A stretch of 64,000 bases of DNA from Candidatus Microgenomates bacterium (lineage in GTDB: Bacteria > Patescibacteriota > Microgenomatia > UBA8517 > JACQJR01), in assembly GCA_016204995.1 (NCBI GenBank), contig JACQJR010000001.1, forward strand, positions 28,548-92,547. Direction: 5' to 3'. Below, piece after piece: positions 38,150 through 46,704 of the stretch. Within the stretch, counting starts at the first letter, position 1. Every line of letters begins with the position of its first letter. The notes under the pieces were generated by a model. The model was given only the letters and a program-made list of their open reading frames with translations, made no database searches and was not told the origin of the DNA. The translations under genes and the position numbers were made by a program.

Positions 38150-38904
38150 GTTGCCCTGAATGGGGGCCTTCGGCCCATAATCCATAATTTACTCCAGGCA
38201 AAAAAAGAATGCCAACTCATCATTACTGTTAGCACAAATCCAGCTGTGCCATCTAAAAATCCCGCTCGTAAAATCCAATTTTTAAAAAATTTTAATTTAG
38301 GCCAGAGCAAAATATGCAACAGATTAGAATACTCACCATCATTAAACTTTTGTTGAGCATGCAGGGTGGAATAAAAATTAACATCATTCATAAATTCGGT
38401 TAAGCTTTGATGGGGATAGTGTTGCAAGGGATTTTTTAATTCGCCTGTTTTGCCGCAAATATCCCAATATTCATGAACTTGTCTCTGCCATTTACCGGCA
38501 TTTTTCTTAGCTAGTCTCAATAATTTGATATTCCCCTGCTCCCCATGTTTTATTTCTTTCCCCCACATGATATCTTGTCTTTTAAGGTAAAAGCCATTAA
38601 AAGGTGTAATGTCCAATGCCAAATGTCCAATTTCCAATTTTAAATTATCAGATATGCGTTCGTCGGCATCCACAAATAGCACCCAATCACCTTTGGCTTT
38701 TTCTAAACCAAAATTTCGTTGTTGGGCAAAATCATTATCTAAAGAATGACTAAAAACTTTGGCACCTGATTTTTTAGCCATTTCTACTGTTTTGTCTTCC
38801 GAATTATCATCAATCACAATTGCCTCATCGCAGAACTGGACGCTCTTAATGCACTTCTCAATGTTTTTTTCTTCGTTTTTGGTTAAAATGATTACGCTAA
38901 TCAT
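38146..38904 (-). CDS. GT2 glycosyltransferase (beta-1,4-glucosyltransferase-like)
   Basis: ISVIILTKNEE, DDNSED.T, QRN.GL, VDADE, VHE, GFLDG. Confidence 0.92.
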   Translation of the reverse strand: MISVIILTKNEEKNIEKCIKSVQFCDEAIVIDDNSEDKTVEMAKKSGAKVFSHSLDNDFAQQRNFGLEKAKGDWVLFVDADERISDNLKLEIGHLALDITPFNGFYLKRQDIMWGKEIKHGEQGNIKLLRLAKKNAGKWQRQVHEYWDICGKTGELKNPLQHYPHQSLTEFMNDVNFYSTLHAQQKFNDGEYSNLLHILLWPKLKFFKNWILRAGFLDGTAGFVLTVMMSWHSFFAWSKLWIMGRRPPFRAT

Positions 38905-40124
38905 ATATTTTTAAAAACTTTCCAAGACAAGTATAAAGCTACCGGCAAAGCGACGAGTGAACCCATAATGGCCGATATTCCGGCTCCGACAATACCAAAT
39001 TTAATAACTAATGGTACAATAGAAATACCCAAACCTGCTAAACCAACCAACATCATAATCGTAGCATATTCCTGTTTTTTAACAGCTAGAAAAAGCGAGT
39101 TAAAAGAGTTGGCAAAAGCCCGAATGACGCCAAAGATGGCTAAAACTTGCAAAACCGCCGCCGCTTCTCGCCACTTACTGCCTAAAATAATTTCAATGAT
39201 AAAGCTAGGAAAAACAAAGAGAATAATACCGATGGGAATAATAATTAAACTAATTATTAGCATCGTTTTAACAAAGGCTTTTTGTAAACGCACGCGGTCG
39301 GTGGCAATTTTGGTATAGATGGGAAAAGTCACTCGCGATACAACGACTGCCACTTCGGTAATTGGCAATTCCGCCAAACGGTAGGCCATTTGATAAAGAC
39401 CCAGCGAATAGGCATTTAACATTCGTCCTACTACCATGTCATCGCCTCGTCTAAAAAAGTAATCAAAAATACCGGCCAAAGTTACCCACTTACCCCGATT
39501 AATAATTTTCCGTAATTGCCCGGTATCAAAAGTAAATTGCGGCCGCGGTTTGATAAAGATAAAAGATAGCGCCACTTCTGCCACACTGCCGGCAATTAGT
39601 CCCCACACTAAACTAGAGGCCTCCCGCGTCAGTATAGCTAAAATTACTGCCATGGCCGAGTCAATAAAAAATACTGTCAACCGAAACCAAAATTCCCGAC
39701 CAAACTGCAATTCCTTTTGAAAAGTTACCAGGGACGGATTGATAAAGCCGCGAATTAAAGGTACTAGACTGATTAGTAAAATAAGAGGTAAGGCGCTGGC
39801 GTTTTTAAAAAAGGCTGCCACCAGCGGCGCCATGCCAACTATTACCAAGAAAATAATTACTCCCCTTGCAATGGAAACAAGCCAGGCGGTAGACAAATAA
39901 TTTTTAATTCTCGCTTTCTCCTGGATTAAAAAAACATTGATGCCGGTCTCTGTTAAAATTTCTACCAACTCTATTACCAGTGCCGCAATACCATAAACTC
40001 CAAATTGCGCCGGTGTTAACAGACGGGCTAGTACCACTGTCCGGAATAAAGCAATAAAACGGGTGGCAAGCCTTAGAGCACCTACCCAGGAAACACCCTT
40101 AATCGCAACTTTTGAATAACCCAT
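38901..40124 (-). CDS. Polysaccharide flippase (Wzx/WzxC-like)
   Basis: LARLL.P..FG, D.MVVGR.L....LGLY..AY, multi-TM. Confidence 0.88.
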   Translation of the reverse strand: MGYSKVAIKGVSWVGALRLATRFIALFRTVVLARLLTPAQFGVYGIAALVIELVEILTETGINVFLIQEKARIKNYLSTAWLVSIARGVIIFLVIVGMAPLVAAFFKNASALPLILLISLVPLIRGFINPSLVTFQKELQFGREFWFRLTVFFIDSAMAVILAILTREASSLVWGLIAGSVAEVALSFIFIKPRPQFTFDTGQLRKIINRGKWVTLAGIFDYFFRRGDDMVVGRMLNAYSLGLYQMAYRLAELPITEVAVVVSRVTFPIYTKIATDRVRLQKAFVKTMLIISLIIIPIGIILFVFPSFIIEIILGSKWREAAAVLQVLAIFGVIRAFANSFNSLFLAVKKQEYATIMMLVGLAGLGISIVPLVIKFGIVGAGISAIMGSLVALPVALYLSWKVFKNI

Positions 40125-40141
40125 ACATAATTTTTACGAAA

Positions 40142-40178
40142 CCCCGATTAAACTCCGATTAAATCGGAGAAATCGGGG
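40142..40178. repeat. Self-nested CCCCGATTAAATCGGGG palindrome
   Basis: ccccgatta[aactccgattaaatcggaga]aatcgggg. Confidence 0.8.
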
Positions 40179-40295
40179 CTAGCAGTAATTTATCAGAAGT
40201 GCCAAGGGGGGGGTGAAAGTTAATCCGGCCCGAAAGATTGGGACTAATTATAGGCGAAAATTTTACAAAATTCATGCCAAAAAATTAATTCAGAG

Positions 40296-40369
40296 TGGAC
40301 CCAAGAGGACTCGAACCTCTAACCTCTCGAATGTGAATCGAACGCTCTAGCCAGTTGAGCTATGGGTCC
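40296..40369 (-). tRNA. tRNA-Val(CAC)
   Basis: Minus strand GGACCCA/TGGGTCC, TTCGA-TT CAC AT-TCGAG, GGTTCGAGTCC. Confidence 0.92.
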
Positions 40370-40420
40370 AGAATAATTACATTATACCAAATTATTTGAT
40401 TTTCTAATATACTTTATAAA

Positions 40421-40972
40421 GTGAATAGTTTAGGTAAATTTTTATTTGATGTCTTACAAACAGTGGCTTTGTCGCTGGCAATATTTGCCGCAGTTTATTT
40501 ATTTGTCTTATCTCCCCATCAGGTCAAAGGCCGCTCCATGGAGCCAAATTTCGTTGACGGTGAATATTTGCTGACAGAAAAAATTTCTTACCGTTTTGGT
40601 AACCCGCAACAAGGTGATGTGATTATTTTTGCCGCACCTCCAGATAAAAAAAGTGATTACATTAAAAGAATTATTGGTCTTCCCGGAGATAAGGTTTCTC
40701 TCCATAATGGTAAAGTTTCTGTTAATGGTAAAGAGCTTGCTGAAAATTATCTACCGAGCGATATTATGACTTTTGGCGGGCAATTCCTGGCCGATGAACA
40801 ACAAATTACAGTTCCCGCTAGTCATTATTTTGTTTTGGGAGATAACCGTCCCCACTCTTCAGATTCTCGTATTTTTGGCACAATTAGCAGAAATGACATT
40901 GTGGGAAAAGCTTGGCTAGTCTATTGGCCTTTGCCGGAAGTTAAATTAATTAAGCAGCTTGCACCTCTTTAA
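40421..40972 (+). CDS. lepB: Signal peptidase I
   Basis: GRSMEP, YIKRIIGLPGD, GDNRPHSSDSR. Confidence 0.95.
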   Translation: MNSLGKFLFDVLQTVALSLAIFAAVYLFVLSPHQVKGRSMEPNFVDGEYLLTEKISYRFGNPQQGDVIIFAAPPDKKSDYIKRIIGLPGDKVSLHNGKVSVNGKELAENYLPSDIMTFGGQFLADEQQITVPASHYFVLGDNRPHSSDSRIFGTISRNDIVGKAWLVYWPLPEVKLIKQLAPL

Positions 40973-41831
40973 CGACTTTTTCTTCGTTATCACTCTCTCT
41001 AGTTTTACTTTCGCCATTGCGCGAAATACCATGAAGGATTTTATTCAAAACTGGTTCAGTAGCATCTACATCGCCCTTTAGAATAATAATGAGTCTGGTT
41101 TGGACCCGGGAACGGCGCAATTTAACATCAGCCTTATCTTTACCGCCCAGCATTTCTTTAAAATCCTCTTCCATTTTATCAAAACTTTCATTAACAATTG
41201 GGGTAGCTGGAGTAGAAGGGGCCTGACCCATTTGGGTTTTCATCCTCCTGGATAACTCTTCAGTCCGCCTCACTGAAGCCGCTTCCCGAAGAACAATTTT
41301 ATAAGCCTGAATCATCAGTGACGGATCTTCAATGGCTGCCAGCGCCCGGGCATGTCCCTCGGTGATTAAACCTTGCAGTAATCCATCTTTTAAGGCATCC
41401 GGCAAAGATAACAACCTTAAACTGTTGGAAATATAAGAAGTGCTTTTGCCAATTCGTTGGGCAATTTGAGTGTTGTGTAAACCAAATTCATTCATTAGTC
41501 GCTCAAAACCTTTAGCCCGATCAATCGGGTTCAAATCTACTCGTTGGACGTTTTCCACTAAAGCCATCTCCAGCATGCCTTGGGGTGAAGTCTCCCGAAT
41601 AACGCAAGGAACAACCGCCAAACCAGCAAGTCTGGCGGCTCGCCATCTTCGTTCACCGGCGATAATTTGATAGCCGGCTGGAGTTTTGGCCACCACTAAA
41701 GGTTCTAAAACGCCATGCTCGCGAACGGAATCAATTAAATCTACTAAACTTTCCGGAGTGATGACCCCTCGGGGCTGTAGAGGGTTGGTCTGAAGTTGAT
41801 CTACTAGTAGCTGAAAAATTTCATCAGGCAT
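40950..41831 (-). CDS. parB: ParB/Spo0J partition protein
   Basis: NPLQPR, IIAGERRWRA, ALVENVQR.DL, HTH, GHARAL. Confidence 0.93.
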   Translation of the reverse strand: MPDEIFQLLVDQLQTNPLQPRGVITPESLVDLIDSVREHGVLEPLVVAKTPAGYQIIAGERRWRAARLAGLAVVPCVIRETSPQGMLEMALVENVQRVDLNPIDRAKGFERLMNEFGLHNTQIAQRIGKSTSYISNSLRLLSLPDALKDGLLQGLITEGHARALAAIEDPSLMIQAYKIVLREAASVRRTEELSRRMKTQMGQAPSTPATPIVNESFDKMEEDFKEMLGGKDKADVKLRRSRVQTRLIIILKGDVDATEPVLNKILHGISRNGESKTRESDNEEKVVKEVQAA

Positions 41832-41866
41832 AAATGTTTAAAATCCGAAATTCGAATTTCGAAATC

Positions 41867-41902
41867 CCTGCCTGCCTTGCCTGCGCAAGCAGGGCAGGTA
41901 GG
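41867..41902. repeat. Self-nested 18-bp CCTGCCTGCGCAGGCAGG palindrome inside a heptamer tract
   Basis: cctgcctgc[cttgcctgcgcaagcagg]gcaggtagg. Confidence 0.85.
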
Positions 41903-41953
41903 CGAAACAATATTTAAAATTTTAAATTTAAAAAATTAGAATTTGTTTCGTGC

Positions 41954-42202
41954 TTAACTAACTACTGCGTATTGTTTTCCTTGTTTCTTTTTAAAAGTTA
42001 AAACACCTTCGCGGGTGGCAAATAAGGTAAAATCACGGCCTTGCCCGACATTTAGTCCAGGATGAAATTTAGTGCCGCGTTGTCTAACGATGATATCTCC
42101 TGATTTTATCTTCTGACCGCCAAATAACTTCACGCCCAGCCTTTTACCTCGGCGTTCGCTACCTTGAGCTGCTCTTGATCCACCTGCTTTGGTATGTGCC
42201 AT
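41954..42202 (-). CDS. rpmA: 50S ribosomal protein L27
   Basis: [23 protein letters not shown]. Confidence 0.97.
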   Translation of the reverse strand: MAHTKAGGSRAAQGSERRGKRLGVKLFGGQKIKSGDIIVRQRGTKFHPGLNVGQGRDFTLFATREGVLTFKKKQGKQYAVVS

Positions 42203-42261
42203 AACTTATAATATTCTTATATCTTAACTTTTCACACTTGTCAAGCCCCTAGTTTGTTATA

Positions 42262-42645
42262 TTATGACCGCTTTTGAGTGGTTTTTCTAGCAGATTTTGA
42301 GGCCGACCCCGATTTAATCGAGGCTGATTTTTCAACTCCGATACTTTCAACCTTGATTTTGGTGAATTTAGGACGAAAACCCGTATGTCCTCTGTATCTA
42401 GACTTAGCCCGGTATTTCATCACTTCAATTTTCTCTCCTTTTTCTTCACCTAAAACTTGAGCCACTACTTGCGCATCCTTAACATAAGGCTCACCTACTT
42501 TAACCTTACCATCCTCACTTAAAAGCACCACTTTATCCAGGTTGATCTTACCATTAGTTTGGGAAAGACGATCAACGATTAACTCGTCCCCGACTTGGGC
42601 CTTATATTGCCTGCTGCCAATTTGTACTATCGCAAAACTCGCCAT
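42262..42645 (-). CDS. rplU: 50S ribosomal protein L21
   Basis: AIV.IGSRQYK, VGEPYV, KGEKI...KY..K.RY....GFR. Confidence 0.95.
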   Translation of the reverse strand: MASFAIVQIGSRQYKAQVGDELIVDRLSQTNGKINLDKVVLLSEDGKVKVGEPYVKDAQVVAQVLGEEKGEKIEVMKYRAKSRYRGHTGFRPKFTKIKVESIGVEKSASIKSGSASKSARKTTQKRS

Positions 42646-42676
42646 AAAAGTATTATAGCCTAACTTGAGCGTATTC

Positions 42677-44908
42677 TCAAGCAGAAGCTGCTTTTGTTGG
42701 AGATAAAAACTTTTTCTTTAGTCTCTTAAGTCTTGTTTCGCTTTGACGCTCAATTTTATTATTTATTTTATCCGGCAAATTATTAATAAAAATATCTAGG
42801 GTTTCCTGAACCAGCCATTCCACCACCACAGCTAAAGTATCATCTCCATATTTTTCTCTTATTTCGGCAAATTTGTCCTTATTTTCCTCTCTTACCTTTT
42901 CCTCAAAGTAATCAATCACAAATTCATAATATCGGGAAAGATGATCCCAAGTAAAATTCTGACTGAGAGGATCAGTTTCATCTCTATCCCAAGCAGTGGT
43001 GATTAACTGTTTTCTATCAATTTCATTACTACCGACTCCTTCAAACGCATATTCTAAGCGATCCCGAGCTTCTTCCTGGTCATATTGATGAAACATGGTA
43101 ATTATTTCCTCTAAGCTCTCGGTGGCTACAAATTTAATACCTAATTGTTCTTCAAGTTTGGCAATAAAATAAAAATAATATGGACGATCATTTTTCATAT
43201 CAAAATTATAGAAAAATTCATTAATATCTTCCAAATACTCCAAGATATCTCCCTCCCAACCCATTCGACGACAAAATTCCTTTTTAAACTCCAGCTTAAA
43301 TTTTTCAAACCTGCCTTTGGTCACATCATCCTCAATTTTTTGTGAGAAAATATCCGATAGCTCTTTATCCTCTAATACATCATTAAGCGCATTTTGCATT
43401 TTAAGGGTAAAAGTTAATGTTAAATACTGTAAACTTTGTTGGGTGATTTTATCTAAGTCATCAAAAATTGCCTCTGGTCCAAACACTTCTTGAGTAAGTT
43501 TATCGCATATTACTCGTCTAAAAACCTCTAGGGCCATTTCCATATCCGAGCCCTCTCTATCTTTGAGTAATGACAAAAATTCTCCGGCATAAAATTTTAG
43601 AACATCTTGCGGATTATCTAGAGGAAATAAATTATATCTGGAGACGATCATCTGAAAATAATAATTCCATAGTTGTTCATCTATTACTTGAAGGTGATTT
43701 TTTGAATCTACTACTAAAGCTGCGATATAGTAAAATTTACTGATCTCCCCCTCCCAACCAATAAGACGAATATATTCCCTTAAAAAATTAACCGTGAATG
43801 TTTCAGATTTTTCAAAACCTAACTCTTTAAAAATTTCCGTCGGTGAGGGAAAATTGCTATTATTATCAATAAAATAGCTGGCATCATACAATTTATCTTC
43901 TTCCGTAATTTCCGGATCGCCTAAACCCAAAGGAGTTCCCCTAACGCTATCTAAATCATAAATACTACCCACTAGCGAAATGTTGCCGGTATGAAGATAT
44001 CTGTGAACAAGACCTGCTTGATGCATGATGGCCAGATTTTGTGCTATTCGGCGGGGTAAATAATCAGTCAGATAAAATTCTAAGTTATCCGGCTCGCCCC
44101 TAAAAACATAAGTACCATTTTTGTCTTTTTTAGATTTTAAATACTCATCTAAATTAATAAACCTTAAAGCTCTAATAGTTATATAATTTATAGCTTCTTC
44201 ATCGGAATTTTCAAACTCTAATAAATCTACCAGCCTTTCTGGAATTTGATGGGCGCGAATTGTAATAAATAAAGTCATGTCATGAAGGTTTTTGGTAATT
44301 TGAGTAATCTCTTGACGAGTCATTTTATGCCAGCCTGTTTTGGAGCTTCTTGTACCTTCGGTGGCATTTTCCTCCCAAACATCCTTTACCAACCTATTTT
44401 TAAACTCTGCCAAGGGAATTAGTTCACCTTGATAGGGGAGTTCCGCCGGTTCAATCACCTTAACAATACTTTCAGTATCTATGTTGTGAGAACGCATGAT
44501 TTCTGAAGCTCGCAAGATTCTAACTATGGAGTTGCTATCCTGTAAACCATGAATAATTAAACCGGAAGGAGAAGAATCAGAAGAATTAATCTCACAAGTA
44601 GTACAATTATTTCCTTTAGTACTTAAAGTGGTAAATAAATTACCAAATTCATCCAACCAAATAATTTCATTATAAATTCCGCCGGTCACCATCTCATACG
44701 AACGGCCATGATATGAGGAAATTTTTCTCAAAAGAGTATGATTTTCTTCCTCGTTGACTTTATTTTCTATCCCCACTACGGCAAATTGCGGTAAATGACC
44801 ATCTTTAAATGGACTCTGATTGGTAGAAGCTTTGACACCTTGGATAGCATCGTGAGTAAATCCCCTTATTTGAATGGAAGAAACAGGTGTATAGACTTCT
44901 TTCTTCAT
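42677..44908 (-). CDS. Divergent SelO-like / kinase-fold protein with acidic C-terminal extension
   Basis: HGRS...STKG...ASEIM....IDT...GLVHRYLHTGNISLVGSIYDLD follows the SelO motif order. Confidence 0.5.
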   Translation of the reverse strand: MKKEVYTPVSSIQIRGFTHDAIQGVKASTNQSPFKDGHLPQFAVVGIENKVNEEENHTLLRKISSYHGRSYEMVTGGIYNEIIWLDEFGNLFTTLSTKGNNCTTCEINSSDSSPSGLIIHGLQDSNSIVRILRASEIMRSHNIDTESIVKVIEPAELPYQGELIPLAEFKNRLVKDVWEENATEGTRSSKTGWHKMTRQEITQITKNLHDMTLFITIRAHQIPERLVDLLEFENSDEEAINYITIRALRFINLDEYLKSKKDKNGTYVFRGEPDNLEFYLTDYLPRRIAQNLAIMHQAGLVHRYLHTGNISLVGSIYDLDSVRGTPLGLGDPEITEEDKLYDASYFIDNNSNFPSPTEIFKELGFEKSETFTVNFLREYIRLIGWEGEISKFYYIAALVVDSKNHLQVIDEQLWNYYFQMIVSRYNLFPLDNPQDVLKFYAGEFLSLLKDREGSDMEMALEVFRRVICDKLTQEVFGPEAIFDDLDKITQQSLQYLTLTFTLKMQNALNDVLEDKELSDIFSQKIEDDVTKGRFEKFKLEFKKEFCRRMGWEGDILEYLEDINEFFYNFDMKNDRPYYFYFIAKLEEQLGIKFVATESLEEIITMFHQYDQEEARDRLEYAFEGVGSNEIDRKQLITTAWDRDETDPLSQNFTWDHLSRYYEFVIDYFEEKVREENKDKFAEIREKYGDDTLAVVVEWLVQETLDIFINNLPDKINNKIERQSETRLKRLKKKFLSPTKAASA

Positions 44909-44926
44909 AAATTTTAACTCTAATTA

Positions 44927-45619
44927 TTATTTAGAAGTCTCTGGTGGGGTGGGAAACTGTTTATGATATAATTCCATATATTTTTCTGTATCCTCTGGAC
45001 TTAAACTTAGGGCAGAAGCAATTTGTGCTGCCTTTTCTTCATCAAAAGATAGTTGATGATTATTCTCTAAACCGCTTATAAAAACGTTATTAGCAAAACC
45101 AATAGATGTTGCTAATTTGGCTTGTGACAACTTGGCTTCATTTCTTTTTTGTCTTAAGAATGAACCGAAAGTTTCTTCTATAGTTTGGGCTTCGGCAGTA
45201 GCAGGCGCGGAATTAGTGGCAGATGTTTTTCTACGGTTAGAACCCCCTTTAGCGCTGGTCATTGCAGGAAGATTTTCAGTTTTGGTGGGTTGGGGAAGCG
45301 CAACTACTGCTTCTATTCTCGGTTTAAATGTTTCGTATGCTAATTGAAATCCTTTTTGTAATTCTAAAAAAATAGAAGATGTGGCTGGATCCTCAAATAT
45401 AGCAGCTCTTTCTACGGCTTGACCGGCCACTATACTTAATTCATGATAGATTTTCTCGGGTGATAAATCACTAACAACTAAGACATTCTGTAATTGCAAA
45501 ACTTTAGTAACTAAAAGATTAGCCTGATATTCTCTACCTAAAAGTTCTTTATTAAAGGCCATGCGAGCTTCTTGAACGTGATCTTGACCGTTTGGTGATC
45601 TGGGTGCTTCAGTAGTCAT
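44927..45619 (-). CDS. Protein with C-terminal XRE-family HTH
   Basis: TFGSFLRQKRNEAKLSQAKLA..IG......ISGLEN. Confidence 0.75.
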   Translation of the reverse strand: MTTEAPRSPNGQDHVQEARMAFNKELLGREYQANLLVTKVLQLQNVLVVSDLSPEKIYHELSIVAGQAVERAAIFEDPATSSIFLELQKGFQLAYETFKPRIEAVVALPQPTKTENLPAMTSAKGGSNRRKTSATNSAPATAEAQTIEETFGSFLRQKRNEAKLSQAKLATSIGFANNVFISGLENNHQLSFDEEKAAQIASALSLSPEDTEKYMELYHKQFPTPPETSK

Positions 45620-45664
45620 GGCAAAATTTTACTTCTCACTATCATATTTGTCAATGTTTGCTGG

Positions 45665-46684
45665 TTATTTTCTCAAAGCCATGACGAGGCCTAAAGCCAT
45701 CATGGTGGAAATTAGGGCGGAGCCGCCGGCCGAAACGAGCGGTAAAGGCACGCCGGCCACCGGAAACATACCTAAATTCATAGCAATATTAACAAAAACC
45801 TGAACAAACAAATAAAGAAAAATACCTCCTACAGCCATGCGGGAAAATGTTGACTTGGCTTGAAACATGGCTGCTAAAATCCGCCAAAAAATAACAAAAA
45901 AACTAGCCAGGACTAAAAACATCCCAATAAAGCCCAATTCTTCCCCAATACTGGCAAAAATAAAATCGGTTTGTCTGGCTGGTAGAAAAGCCAGTTGGGT
46001 TTGCGATCCCTGACCTAAACCCCGGCCAAAAAGTCCCCCACTGCCTACGGCAATCATGGCTTGTTTGGACTGATAAGAAGTACCGGCAGGATCACGATTG
46101 GGCTGCAAAAAGGAAGTCAATCGCTCTTTTTGATAAGGAGCTAAAGTCAAAAATACCAGGAATATAAGTAAAACTATCGGCAGGAAAAGCCGAACCAAAC
46201 CTTTAAGGGATATTTGACTATTAATTAAAACTCCCAGCCAAGCTACACCTAAAATCGCACTGGTAGTTAAATCTGGCTGCAAAAAAACCAATATAGCTGG
46301 AAGTAATAATAGAAGAAAAGAAATTACCAGGGATTTTCCGTAATGAGTTAACATCCAGGCAGTTGCCAGAGCAACTATCGGTTTGGCAAACTCCGAGGGT
46401 TGCAAAGTGGCTGGTCCTAAAGGCAGCCACCGCACCGCCCCATGGCTAAACACGCCAATAATTTCCGTTAAAATCAACAAAATTAAAATGCTAACATAAA
46501 AAATTGGTGTCAAAGTTTCCAAATAAACACTGTCAAGTCTGCTCAAACTGAAAAATAAAATCACTGCCAGTATTATATAAAAAAATTGCAGAGGGAAAAC
46601 TTGAGGAGCAACTGCCCATAAAATAGTCGTACCCAAAATTAATAACAAACCGAGAGCTCCGGCCAGGATAAAATCAATATGCAT
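45665..46684 (-). CDS. rodA: Rod shape-determining protein RodA (SEDS family)
   Basis: GAVRW, QPSEFAK, QPDL, YQKERL, GSGG, TDFIF, PLVSAGGS. Confidence 0.9.
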   Translation of the reverse strand: MHIDFILAGALGLLLILGTTILWAVAPQVFPLQFFYIILAVILFFSLSRLDSVYLETLTPIFYVSILILLILTEIIGVFSHGAVRWLPLGPATLQPSEFAKPIVALATAWMLTHYGKSLVISFLLLLLPAILVFLQPDLTTSAILGVAWLGVLINSQISLKGLVRLFLPIVLLIFLVFLTLAPYQKERLTSFLQPNRDPAGTSYQSKQAMIAVGSGGLFGRGLGQGSQTQLAFLPARQTDFIFASIGEELGFIGMFLVLASFFVIFWRILAAMFQAKSTFSRMAVGGIFLYLFVQVFVNIAMNLGMFPVAGVPLPLVSAGGSALISTMMALGLVMALRK

Positions 46685-46704
46685 AACACCCAGACGTTGG
46701 AAAA

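Noticed and set aside
40196-40260. Possible tRNA remnant (minus strand ...CCCCCCCTTGGCAC)
   Set aside because: No T-loop or D-arm is recognisable; too weak to call.
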